From Calditrichia bacterium (lineage in GTDB: Bacteria > Calditrichota > Calditrichia > RBG-13-44-9 > J075), in contig JANQRS010000016.1 in assembly GCA_028284445.1 (NCBI GenBank), forward strand, positions 80,441 to 144,440: DNA of 64,000 nt, in the 5' to 3' direction. The notes beneath the pieces were generated by a model. That model was not told the origin of the DNA. It did no database searches and saw nothing but the letters and a program-made list of their open reading frames with translations. This document shows, one piece after another, positions 38,353 through 47,854 of this stretch. A program made the position numbers and the translations under genes. Numbering within the stretch: the first letter of the stretch is position 1; every line of letters begins with the position of its first letter.

Positions 38353-38429
38353 GCAGAATTCCTTAGATTACGGCAGACGAAAATATAGCGCATACGGAAA
38401 TATCAGTCAATCCTTCGCTGAAGATTTGA

Positions 38430-39704
38430 TTACGCGTATAGTCCGCGTAATTCGGCGGCTTCCGTCACCCGGCGTATCGACAGAATGAAAGCTGCGATGC
38501 GCAAATTCACCTTATATTGCTCACTGGTTTGCCACACCTGCTGGAAGGCGGTTACCATAAAGCGCTTGAGGTCTTCGTTCACCCGTTCTTCGGCCCAATA
38601 ATAGCCCATGCGATTCTGCACCCACTCAAGGTAGGAGACGGTTACGCCGCCGGCATTGCAGAGAATATCGGGAATTACCCGCACGCCTTTTTTGTCAAGA
38701 ATCGCATCCGCCTCCACGGTAATTGGGCCATTGGCGCATTCAGCGATCAGGCGGGCCTGAACATTTGCTGCATTTTCTTCGGTGATTTGATCTTCCAAAG
38801 CGGCCGGGATGAGAATGTCCACATCCAATTCCAACAGCTTCATGGGGTCTTTCAGTTTCTCAACCTGCAGCTGCTTTTCCAGGCCTTGTAGTGACCAGCG
38901 CTTGTTCTGCGCACAGGTGCTAAGGGCGGTGTTCACGTTGATGCCGTCCGGATTATAATAGGCGCCGGAAATATCGCTGATGGCAACAACCTTTGCGCCG
39001 GCATCACTGAGAAATTTTGCGGCATTGGAGCCGGCATTGCCAAAGCCCTGGATGGCAACGCTGGCCCCTTCAAGGTTTTTGTTCATGATGCGATAGGCTT
39101 CAACAACGCAGTGGAACATCCCCAGGGCTGTGGCCACTTCCCGTCCGGCAGATCCGCCAATGCCAAGCGGCTTACCGGTGATAACGCCGGGAATGTGTTC
39201 TTTATGCTGCATCGAGTAAGTATCGAACATCCAGCACATCACCTGTGAGTTGGTATTGACGTCGGGTGCTGGAATATCCTTGTCAGGACCGAAGAGGTCG
39301 GACATCTCCGCAAAATAGCGCCGGGAGAGGCGTTCGAGCTCTGCAGGGGATAGCTTGGCAGGATCAACGACAATACCGCCCTTTCCGCCACCAAAGGGGA
39401 CATTTACGACAGCGCATTTATAGGTCATCCAAAAGGCCAGTGCCTTGACCTCATCTACATGGACCTGCGGATGATAGCGGATACCGCCTTTGGCCGGTCC
39501 ACGAGCAATGCTATGCTGAACGCGAAAGGCCTTGAAGACCTGGATTGAGCCATTGTCCATGCGGATAGGAAGATTTACCTCTGTTACTCGCCGAGGCTCT
39601 TTTACAACCGCGATCTGGTTCTTGCTCAACTTCAGGACTTTTGCTGCTTTGTCAAATTGCTTAAGGGCATTTTCGAATGGATTGCGCTGCTTAAGGTAGC
39701 CCAT
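38430..39704 (-). CDS. gdhA: Glu/Leu/Phe/Val dehydrogenase (glutamate dehydrogenase)
   Basis: 'GPAKGGIRYHP', 'GGGKGG', 'PAPDVNT', 'QGFGNAG', 'NAGGVTVSYLEWVQN'; AGGAGGA RBS before 39704. Confidence 0.93.
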   Translation of the reverse strand: MGYLKQRNPFENALKQFDKAAKVLKLSKNQIAVVKEPRRVTEVNLPIRMDNGSIQVFKAFRVQHSIARGPAKGGIRYHPQVHVDEVKALAFWMTYKCAVVNVPFGGGKGGIVVDPAKLSPAELERLSRRYFAEMSDLFGPDKDIPAPDVNTNSQVMCWMFDTYSMQHKEHIPGVITGKPLGIGGSAGREVATALGMFHCVVEAYRIMNKNLEGASVAIQGFGNAGSNAAKFLSDAGAKVVAISDISGAYYNPDGINVNTALSTCAQNKRWSLQGLEKQLQVEKLKDPMKLLELDVDILIPAALEDQITEENAANVQARLIAECANGPITVEADAILDKKGVRVIPDILCNAGGVTVSYLEWVQNRMGYYWAEERVNEDLKRFMVTAFQQVWQTSEQYKVNLRIAAFILSIRRVTEAAELRGLYA

Positions 39705-40034
39705 AGTGATTCCTCCTGCTAGAAGTCTGTTGTCATACTCGGCCAAATTCGTCCATGATTGACATGCGTTGCCGCCGGGAAGGCTGATAGGCGGTATGCC
39801 TGCAGGGTCATTTGCTCTGGAGTGACGAGCAACGAACCGGTTTCTCCGCTGACAGATTCCCCGCTATGGGGTTGCCATGTTATCTGCTAGCGCAAAGCCG
39901 GAAATCATGTGTTTTCGGGAAGTATGGAAGCTGGGTTGAGTGTCCTTCTTTTGTCATTCTCACAATTAGTGAAAGAAAGCGCAAAATTTAGCAGGGATAT
40001 AAATAAATGGCAAGCGAAATAGGATTTTGTTGGC

Positions 40035-40214
40035 GAGTGGGGATCAGTGAATTGGTTGACTGGTGGATTGGGTTAGGCATATACCGTGGTTCGATTGTCC
40101 CCCCTCTATCTCCCCCCGGGGGGAGATAGAGGGGGGACAAGGCGACATCGATAGAGATACCGTCATAGCACAACTAATAGACGATTCAACTAATGAACCG
40201 ATTCACCAATCAAT
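40035..40214. repeat. Composite element: inverted octamer arrays flanking palindrome copy C
   Basis: ATCAGTGA/ATTGGTTG/ACTGGTGG units (40035-71), perfect 46-bp palindrome 40095-40140, CAACTAAT/GAACCGAT/TCACCAAT units (40171-214). Confidence 0.8.
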
Positions 40215-41046
40215 ACTTCATCACCATGTAGATCAGTCCGACGAGGCTGGTATAGGAAACCCCTAGCGTGATATCTGATATACGATCGTAGCGCTCTGTG
40301 GCATCCCAGAAATCTGCCTGTTTGAGCGGATCGGCTGTTTGCTGGTAATCTTCGTAGTTTTGGTCAGCAAGATTCTTGAAATAAAAGGCTGTCCATTGGG
40401 TTGCAATGGTCAGCGCCAGCAGGGAAAACTTGCTCTTCATGTGTCGCCGAGGGATCAGGCCCAACAGCTGCGGCTTGGCTTCTTGCTCCACATAATTTTC
40501 ATCCTTCTCCAACTCGGCGAGAATTGCCTGTCGGTTCATCAAAGTGAAGATAAAGGGCTTATAGCCTGCCTTGCTGAGGGTAAACTGCTTGTCCTTAAAT
40601 GACTCAAAGGGCACATAGAGCGGGGTAAGTCCAAGCTTCGTTGTGTCCTGGGAAAGGGTCGCCCCAAAAGGTAGGGAGTTGACCAGAACCGGGGTTTCGA
40701 AATTGGCTTTGATTACCGTGTCTTTGTCGGCGACTATTCGCACGGTATATGTTTCCTGCTGGTAATTCCAGGTACCTGTTTGTTTTGGCAGGACCTGAAT
40801 AAAGTGTGTGCCCGGCGCCAGTTCATATTTTTCCAGAGGCGTTTTACCTACCAGGGCGGAATCTATGCGAACCCAACAGTTGGACGGTGTCGAGCGAACG
40901 GTTACGTAGCCAACTTCCGGCTGTTTCATTTCCAGCGTTTTCAAATCCATGCTGGTTTCAACCAGGGAATCAGCGGCAGGAGATTGAGCATAAAGGGCCA
41001 GGCAAAAGAAGCTGATAATTAGCTGAATTCCGAGAAATTGTTTCAT
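40210..41046 (-). CDS. PEGA domain protein
   Basis: Signal peptide, 'VRSTPSNCWVRID...GKTPL', second repeat 'NSLPFGA...GLTPL...SKAGY'. Confidence 0.85.
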   Translation of the reverse strand: MKQFLGIQLIISFFCLALYAQSPAADSLVETSMDLKTLEMKQPEVGYVTVRSTPSNCWVRIDSALVGKTPLEKYELAPGTHFIQVLPKQTGTWNYQQETYTVRIVADKDTVIKANFETPVLVNSLPFGATLSQDTTKLGLTPLYVPFESFKDKQFTLSKAGYKPFIFTLMNRQAILAELEKDENYVEQEAKPQLLGLIPRRHMKSKFSLLALTIATQWTAFYFKNLADQNYEDYQQTADPLKQADFWDATERYDRISDITLGVSYTSLVGLIYMVMKY

Positions 41047-42227
41047 CGTTTGTTTTCCTTCATTTCGGTAATCAGTTTTTCATTTGCCAGGGCCAGGAGC
41101 TGGTCATTTGCCGAGTGAATAATCAGGTAATCCCGATAAATAATCGGTGATGATTTTGCCGGGCGCTTCAAGCGAAATTTGAATATCAGTTTACCGGAAA
41201 AGCGGTTTAGCACATAAAGATAGCGGTCCCAACTGGTGACGTACAGGTAATCCGGCGACGGAAGGGGAACCGTGTTGACAATGCCTCGGGTTTCGAAGCG
41301 CCAGATCTCTTCACCGGTTTCTTTGTGCAGGGCAATGACCTGATTGCCATTATTCCCGAAGAACAGCATGTTTTGGTAAAGGGCCGGACTGCTGTAAATG
41401 GCTCCATTGCTGTCATATGACCATAGTTGTTCACCACTCGTCAAGTCGATAGCGGTAAATACGCCATTGGTAGACCCCAGGTAGACCGTAGAATCATCCA
41501 GTACCGGGTGTGAAAAAAGGCTGCCGCCGAGCTGTTGTTCCCATAACACGATACCATTCTCTGCCTGTAGTGCATAAACCCCGCCTTTGTGGTCAGCAAA
41601 TACAAGTGTGTTTTCTATCATCGCCGGGGAGCTGAATATCGGTGCAGGTGTTTCATAGCGCCAAACCGGATCTCCGCTGCGCTTATCGACGCAGAAAAAG
41701 ACACCGTTGTGGGTGCCGAAATAGATAACGTCATCCAAGACCAGGGGAGAGGTGTAAATGTGCGGATAAGGTTCGGCCATTTCCTGATTGGCCCGCTCCA
41801 AATCGAAGCCAACAAGGGTTTTGTCGCCCAGCGACATACCGGCATACATTACGTTATTATGAATAGATGGCGCATTTGCAATTGAGGGCCCCAGTTTACC
41901 GGAGCCGATGCCGGTGCCTGTTTCATAGTCAATCATATAAAGCAGGCCGCTCTTGGTCGGCGCAAAAATATAATCGCCAACAGCCAGGGGATGATCAGCG
42001 ATCACGGACTTAACATTCTTCTTCCATACAATGTCCAGGGGTGGACTGATATTTTCGGATGAAAAATGCTGGCGCTGCAAATTCTTGCCCAAGGTTGTCC
42101 ATTCTTTGCCTTCTGTTGCTTTTCGTGACTCCCTGAGTTCCAGGGATACCAGCCCGCTACAACCAAGAATCAGCAATGCCAATCCAGTGGCAAAAGAAAT
42201 CTTCAGTTTACGTGAATAATGTTGCAT
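41043..42227 (-). CDS. PQQ-like beta-propeller lipoprotein (BamB-like)
   Basis: Lipobox 'LILGC', repeated 'SSP...G...D...G..W' blades; TGATG coupling to the upstream gene. Confidence 0.85.
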   Translation of the reverse strand: MQHYSRKLKISFATGLALLILGCSGLVSLELRESRKATEGKEWTTLGKNLQRQHFSSENISPPLDIVWKKNVKSVIADHPLAVGDYIFAPTKSGLLYMIDYETGTGIGSGKLGPSIANAPSIHNNVMYAGMSLGDKTLVGFDLERANQEMAEPYPHIYTSPLVLDDVIYFGTHNGVFFCVDKRSGDPVWRYETPAPIFSSPAMIENTLVFADHKGGVYALQAENGIVLWEQQLGGSLFSHPVLDDSTVYLGSTNGVFTAIDLTSGEQLWSYDSNGAIYSSPALYQNMLFFGNNGNQVIALHKETGEEIWRFETRGIVNTVPLPSPDYLYVTSWDRYLYVLNRFSGKLIFKFRLKRPAKSSPIIYRDYLIIHSANDQLLALANEKLITEMKENKR

Positions 42228-45085
42228 CAAAAATCCCATCCGAAGAAGAATTGTGTATTCCAATCATTTTCAATGGTCTTGAAGTCTGTTCGACGCGCAA
42301 AGTCCCAGCGCAATACCAGGAAACCGCCAAGGTTAAAGCGGATGCCATATCCCAGGGCGCCAATCCAGTCGTTGTTATCAAACTGGCCATCCCGCCAAAC
42401 ATTGGCTGCATCAAAGAACAGTGCCCCGCGGATGCCCGGAAATACCATGGATAAAAATGGAAACTTGATCCCCAGGTATTCAATGAATGGAAAGCGCAAT
42501 TCATGTGAGGTAAAGAGGATCTTTTCACCATGAATGGACCAGCGCTTATAGCCGCGCAAATCCCAACTGCCGCCAAGCGTGAACCAGCGGGTTTCCCGGC
42601 CGTCGTTCAGTAAGGCCATATAGCGCGAGGCGTAAGTCAGACTGGGCCGCAGTCGTATATATTTCCGATAATCTGCGAGAAATGTCCAGAAGTTGACGTT
42701 GGAAAAACGGACATCGTAGGTGTTGCCTATCGATAGATTGTAGCGAGTGCCTTCTACAGGGCCGGTATACGACCAGATTGAATTGTCGTGGATAAACGAC
42801 AGGGAATTTGTGGTCAGGGTAGCGAAGCGCCGCCCGTTGGCAATGGTCTCTTTATCCGAGTAGCTCAAGGAGGTATTGTATTCAAGGCGCGAAAAATGCG
42901 AGAAAGGATGGGCGATGGTGAAAAAGCCGCCGACCTGGTCTTCGTAAAAGAAATCGTCCTTGAAATTGAAAAATCGTCCGGCAAAGCGGAAGAGTCCATA
43001 GGCGTAATTGGTGCGCTTGCCAAGTGATACTTTTGAGACGGCAAAGTTCGTACTTCTCAGGAAGTCAGAACGGGTCTGCGCATTGTTGTAAATCAGGAAG
43101 TAGTATTGGTCGTTGCCAAGCACATCGGTAAATGCCATCATGGCGCCGCCGTTGGTGCCCCAGAACGGGTCCTGATTTACCTGGGTTTGGGCAATATCCA
43201 GGTCGTAATCTTTCTCATATTCCAATTTCTTGAGGACCTTGCTGCCGCTGACCCGTCCCGGTTGCCAGTGGCTGTGCACAAACTGAACCGGGGTCTGCTC
43301 TACGGCCGGGGTTTCGATAATTGCCTGCTGCACATTCTGCATGCGGCGAATCTGGAAACGTCCGGCTTCAAACACTGTGAAGAGCAACTGATCATCATCC
43401 ATCCATTCCGGATCAAATGCGGCATTAGCGTAGCGGGAAATTTGATGCACGGGAATGACATGCGGATCGGTTTCAGCCCAGGTACCGATTTCGCTGACGT
43501 CAGCCACCCAGATGTTCAAGGCGGAAGAGTCGCGGTCGGATGTAAAGGCCACGTAATCTCCGCTTGGCGACCACACCGGCGTATAATCCTGGTGATGCCC
43601 GGAGGTCAAATAATAGTTGAGATTGGTTTCCAGGTCATAAACAAAGAGGTTATAACACCATTCTTCACCGAAAACCGTGCGATCGGACGAGTAGACCAGC
43701 TTTTTGCCGTCAGGTGAAAAGCTGGGCGAGCGGTCTTCGTACAGATCGTTCGTCAATTGAATGACCTTTTCGCTCTTCAACTGCAGCATAAACAAATCTT
43801 TACTGCCATTGAATCCCAGTCCGGAAAAGGCAATCTGTTGACCATCCGGTGAAAAAACCGGGTCCGAGACACCAACGATGTTATTCCACTCGTACTTGCG
43901 AATTATCTCTTCAGTTTCAATATCATAAATGTAAAGCGCGTCGTTTTCGCCACTCTTCGACGAGAAAGCCAGGCGTCCATCGTGTGAGACGTCTATTTTA
44001 CTGGAAAAAATATGGAAGGCTTCAAAATCAGAGCTTCGTCCGCTTTCTACCAGCGTCTTCAGTCGCTCCTTGCTGCGCGGTCCCATCTTGTTGATGTCGG
44101 ACATAAAAATGTTTGAGTAGCCGGTGCGGTTACCGACAAAAACAACTTTGTCGCCATTTGGTGAGTTGTAGTAGGCCGGCTTGAAATTGTATCCGTCACG
44201 GACAACGGTTTCGGCAACCATTTGCGAGAAGTCGTGATCGTCGAGTAAGGGATAATATTTCTTCTTAAGATGATACAGCCATTCTTTATCGAATTCCTCA
44301 TACGATAAGCCGATCACTTCCCGGAAAACATCGGAAAACTTGTTGTATTTCCAGATGTTTTCCATCAATAGCAGGACTTTTTCCGGGCCGTATTTATCCG
44401 AGATGTATTCGAGGATGGCTTGCCCCTGCTTATACATCGTAAAAGTGCCGTGGATAGCGTAAATCTGTGACAGTGGCACAATATAATTGTTCAGCACCGC
44501 ATCACGGATGATCATTTCTGTTTGGGAGTCCCATTCCGAAGACCAAAGTTCTGCGAGGCCTTCTGTAAACCAGAGCGGGGGATAGGTGCCATCTATCCTG
44601 CCATGTTCCTTATTGGCAAAATAAACCTTGGCGTGCATAAAAACGTGCACCAATTCGTGGCGAATAACTTTCTTCCAGTGATTGAGATTGCCATTGCTGG
44701 GAATCACCACCCGGCCTTTCAAAAATTCGAAGAAACCGCCAACGCCTTCCGGTATATGGTTCGGTATTACATTGGTCTGTTGAAAATGCAGATGGGAGCT
44801 GTAAAAAATGAGCGGTATACGGCGGTTAATGGAAAAATTAAACTTGTTCTCCAGAATGGCATAGCTTTCTTCTGCATAGAATGCGCCGCGTTCAGCCAGA
44901 TCTTCCATCTCCGGATAATAATAGATATCAAAATGCTCAGTCTTCAAAATTTGCCATTTGAAGTCCGTGTATTGAACTTTATTACGGCCGAAATTGAACC
45001 ATTGAGCTTGTATGGGGAAACTGCTGATAATTAGAAGTGCAACCGTGATCCAGATAAAATGGAACTGTTTACCGGTTCTTGACAT
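42227..45085 (-). CDS. Peptidase MA-like + PD40 repeats + Omp85/BamA-type beta-barrel protein
   Basis: 'FGRNKVQY', HELVH and 'WFTEGLAE', SPDG repeats, 'LRGY', C-terminal 'FFFGWDF'. Confidence 0.88.
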   Translation of the reverse strand: MSRTGKQFHFIWITVALLIISSFPIQAQWFNFGRNKVQYTDFKWQILKTEHFDIYYYPEMEDLAERGAFYAEESYAILENKFNFSINRRIPLIFYSSHLHFQQTNVIPNHIPEGVGGFFEFLKGRVVIPSNGNLNHWKKVIRHELVHVFMHAKVYFANKEHGRIDGTYPPLWFTEGLAELWSSEWDSQTEMIIRDAVLNNYIVPLSQIYAIHGTFTMYKQGQAILEYISDKYGPEKVLLLMENIWKYNKFSDVFREVIGLSYEEFDKEWLYHLKKKYYPLLDDHDFSQMVAETVVRDGYNFKPAYYNSPNGDKVVFVGNRTGYSNIFMSDINKMGPRSKERLKTLVESGRSSDFEAFHIFSSKIDVSHDGRLAFSSKSGENDALYIYDIETEEIIRKYEWNNIVGVSDPVFSPDGQQIAFSGLGFNGSKDLFMLQLKSEKVIQLTNDLYEDRSPSFSPDGKKLVYSSDRTVFGEEWCYNLFVYDLETNLNYYLTSGHHQDYTPVWSPSGDYVAFTSDRDSSALNIWVADVSEIGTWAETDPHVIPVHQISRYANAAFDPEWMDDDQLLFTVFEAGRFQIRRMQNVQQAIIETPAVEQTPVQFVHSHWQPGRVSGSKVLKKLEYEKDYDLDIAQTQVNQDPFWGTNGGAMMAFTDVLGNDQYYFLIYNNAQTRSDFLRSTNFAVSKVSLGKRTNYAYGLFRFAGRFFNFKDDFFYEDQVGGFFTIAHPFSHFSRLEYNTSLSYSDKETIANGRRFATLTTNSLSFIHDNSIWSYTGPVEGTRYNLSIGNTYDVRFSNVNFWTFLADYRKYIRLRPSLTYASRYMALLNDGRETRWFTLGGSWDLRGYKRWSIHGEKILFTSHELRFPFIEYLGIKFPFLSMVFPGIRGALFFDAANVWRDGQFDNNDWIGALGYGIRFNLGGFLVLRWDFARRTDFKTIENDWNTQFFFGWDF

Positions 45086-45128
45086 AATACCTATCCTGGT
45101 TGAAATGAGGGATCTCTAATGATGCTCT

Positions 45129-45153
45129 AACGCCATATTCTCCTTAAAGTTCA
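45129..45153 (-). promoter_or_regulatory. ECF-type promoter of the Omp85 operon
   Basis: Minus strand TGAAC-16 bp-CGTT, about 45 bp before the start codon. Confidence 0.5.
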
Positions 45154-45447
45154 TCGACGCAAGGCATTCTAACGTTGAACAAAATTTCCTGAAAAATCAG
45201 TGAACTCTGTTACAATGCTGCCGATGCCTGCTCTTATTCAGCCGTAACATCCAGCATAGCAACAATTCATTGACAACGTCCAAATTCTTGTAAAGAAACA
45301 AAAACAATACCAAGATTGGACACCAATCATCTAAATATATGATAATAAGTCAGTTCGGTGTTGTGCTGCTAATCAGTCAATTCTTATTTCGGATTTATTT
45401 TGCCCGAAAAACGGGAAAAAATTTTCCATATTTGCTGCAAAAATTGC

Positions 45448-46236
45448 TCAATCGATGCGATCGTACTTACGTAAGCGCTTCAGTAGGGCGGAAAAGTCCT
45501 TTGGTAGCGGCGCCTCGATGTCAACTTGCGTTTCCGAAAACGGATGTTTGAAACGCAATCGGCTGGCATGCAAAGTCAGGCGATTGATCAACGGTGATAT
45601 CGGGGCGTCGTCGCGCCTGGGGGATACTGATCGCTTCAACATGCTGATGTCCAGGGCGGCATGGCTGCCATACATCGGATCAACTGCCAGCGGTGCCCCG
45701 ATGTGTTGCAGGTGCAGGCGGATTTGGTGCGTGCGTCCGGATATCGGGCTGAGCTGCAACAAGGCGAATCGTCGAAAGGTTTCTAGGGTTTCGTAGCGGG
45801 TGACGGCTGCCTTGCCTTTGCGGGCAATGCGCATGCGTCGTTTGCGCGAAGGGTGTTCTTCCATTGGCGCGCTGATTTCACCGCGATCAGGTTGCGGAAT
45901 GCCGCTGGTAACCGCCAGATATGTTTTCTCCACCAGCCGTTCCTGGAATAGCCGGTTCAAGCGCCGGTGCGCTTCCTCATGGCGCGCCAGCATGACAATT
46001 CCGCTGGTGTCCATATCAATCCGGTGAACGACCCAAACAGCTTGCTCTGAATCCGCTGGCTTTTTTCCGTATTGTTTTTGCAACAATTCCTTTAGATTGG
46101 GAAGGTTGGCATCCCAGCGGTCTCGAATCACCGGAATTCCGGCGGGCTTGTCAACGATCAATAGATCATCATCTTCATGGAGTATGGTTATTCGACGCTT
46201 TCGCTGGTGTTTATCACGTATCTGAAAACTATTCAT
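45448..46236 (-). CDS. RluA-family pseudouridine synthase
   Basis: 'VDKPAG', 'HRIDMDTSG', 'GRTHQIRLHL', 'LHASRL'; likely start 46236. Confidence 0.93.
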   Translation of the reverse strand: MNSFQIRDKHQRKRRITILHEDDDLLIVDKPAGIPVIRDRWDANLPNLKELLQKQYGKKPADSEQAVWVVHRIDMDTSGIVMLARHEEAHRRLNRLFQERLVEKTYLAVTSGIPQPDRGEISAPMEEHPSRKRRMRIARKGKAAVTRYETLETFRRFALLQLSPISGRTHQIRLHLQHIGAPLAVDPMYGSHAALDISMLKRSVSPRRDDAPISPLINRLTLHASRLRFKHPFSETQVDIEAPLPKDFSALLKRLRKYDRID

Positions 46237-46283
46237 GACAGAAAGATGTTCAATGAATAAGCAAAATCCAATTTTTTTTGCGA

Positions 46284-46310
46284 TGTAAATGAATTTTGAT
46301 GTCAAACGTC
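46284..46310 (+). promoter_or_regulatory. ECF-type (possibly autoregulatory) promoter
   Basis: TGTAAAT-16 bp-CGTC upstream of the ECF sigma gene. Confidence 0.5.
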
Positions 46311-46440
46311 CAATTATCAGCGCCGACATGGGGAGCGCTCTGTGGAGAATGACTTCTCCCGGGAAATGATTGTTGCGAACCGGCATGGTTCCGGATTGCC
46401 TAATTCACATTGACGTTGATATCGAAATGCGCGAAATCCG

Positions 46441-47037
46441 GTGGCTCAACAACTAATTAAAATGATGAACTCAGACGCTGAGCAGATTATTCTGGAGGCC
46501 AAGGCGGGGGATAAGCGTGCCTTCAATATGCTTGTGACGCAGCATCAAAAACGGGTGCTGTACCTGGCGTACGACCTCTTGGGCGACTGGGATGAAGCGA
46601 AAGACGTGGCGCAGGAAGTGTTTGTAAAAGCCTATCAGAAGCTGGATACCTTTGAAGAGCGGTCCCGCTTTTCAACCTGGATTTATCGGATTACCACCAA
46701 TCTCTGCATTGATATACAACGCAAAAGAAAGCGCAATCGAACTGAACCCATAGAAAAATCAGGCCCGGACGGCAAACTAAATCTTAACCAAAAATTGTCG
46801 GAACCGCCGAAGATCGAAGCGCTATTGGAAAATACGCAACTACGCCGCCAGCTGGAAGAGGCGCTGACGCAACTGTCGATCAACCAAAAGACCGCCATTT
46901 CCCTTCGATACTTCCAGGAATTTTCTACTACGGAAATTGCGGAAACCATGGGCTGCAGCGAGAATACTGTGCGCATCCATATTTTTCGAGGTATAAAGAA
47001 GCTAAAAACGATACTGGGTAACATTCAAATAAGTTGA
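46441..47037 (+). CDS. ECF RNA polymerase sigma factor
   Basis: 'AKDVAQEVFVKAY', 'FSTWIYRITTNLCID', 'EIAETMGCSENTVRIHIFRG'. Confidence 0.95.
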   Translation: MAQQLIKMMNSDAEQIILEAKAGDKRAFNMLVTQHQKRVLYLAYDLLGDWDEAKDVAQEVFVKAYQKLDTFEERSRFSTWIYRITTNLCIDIQRKRKRNRTEPIEKSGPDGKLNLNQKLSEPPKIEALLENTQLRRQLEEALTQLSINQKTAISLRYFQEFSTTEIAETMGCSENTVRIHIFRGIKKLKTILGNIQIS

Positions 47038-47046
47038 CGGGATATC

Positions 47047-47841
47047 ATGAAGACATGTCATTTTGAGGAGAAAATTGATGATCTGCTTGCCGGCTCGCTT
47101 GAAGCTGAAGCGGCTGAAGCGCTCGAGAATCATCTGGTGACTTGCACCACCTGCTTTGCTCGCTGGGAGGAAGCGTCGGCAATGGTGCAGGTTTTGTCGC
47201 AGGCAAGCGCCCCGGAGCCGCCGCCAAATCTTCTGGCCGACTTTCAAAGCGAGTTGACGAAAGCGCTTGCCAGTGAGGACGACAAATCGCCGCTGTGGCC
47301 AAATATTCAGAATCGAGCCCGCTCGATTTTCTGGCCGGGCAATACCACGTACCGGGTATTGCAGGCAGCAGCGCTGCTCATTTTCGGGGTATTTATTGGC
47401 CGGCAATTCCTGGCGCCGGTTCCGGAAGTTGTCGGACCGCCGGTTCCGGCTGCCCTGAATCAGAATATCTCGACGGAGGAGATAGAATCTGTTCAGCGCT
47501 TTTTCAACGAAGCCGAAATGCTGATCATCCAGGTGATGAACCTCAGTTATCCTGATGCAATTGAGACCGAGGAAATTGAATTCACGCAGTCTATTGCCCA
47601 GGATATGCTTGTGCGCTCTCAGACAATGCAGGAGGAAGCGCTGGAATTAAACGATATGGCCATGCTGAAGCTCCTGCACCGCATGGATGTGCTGCTTTAT
47701 GAGGTGGCAAACCTGTCTGGCGAGGATATGCCCGATATGCTGCCTTTCATACAAAAGATGATAAGAGATATGAATATCGTGGCTGAAATTCGCCTGATCC
47801 TGGAGGAAACCCGGGAAGCGATCAAACCTTTTTCGATATAG
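47047..47841 (+). CDS. Zinc-finger (zf-HC2) anti-sigma factor
   Basis: 'HLVTCTTC' (HxxxCxxC), one TM segment, helical extracytoplasmic domain. Confidence 0.88.
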   Translation: MKTCHFEEKIDDLLAGSLEAEAAEALENHLVTCTTCFARWEEASAMVQVLSQASAPEPPPNLLADFQSELTKALASEDDKSPLWPNIQNRARSIFWPGNTTYRVLQAAALLIFGVFIGRQFLAPVPEVVGPPVPAALNQNISTEEIESVQRFFNEAEMLIIQVMNLSYPDAIETEEIEFTQSIAQDMLVRSQTMQEEALELNDMAMLKLLHRMDVLLYEVANLSGEDMPDMLPFIQKMIRDMNIVAEIRLILEETREAIKPFSI

Positions 47842-47854
47842 TTGAGGAATGTGT

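Noticed and set aside
46237..46386. Extended N-termini in the ORF track (RluA family, also truB, pap, ppk1, Kelch, BamB-like)
   Set aside because: Downstream starts have better RBS or gene coupling, and the extensions overlap promoter regions or neighbouring genes.
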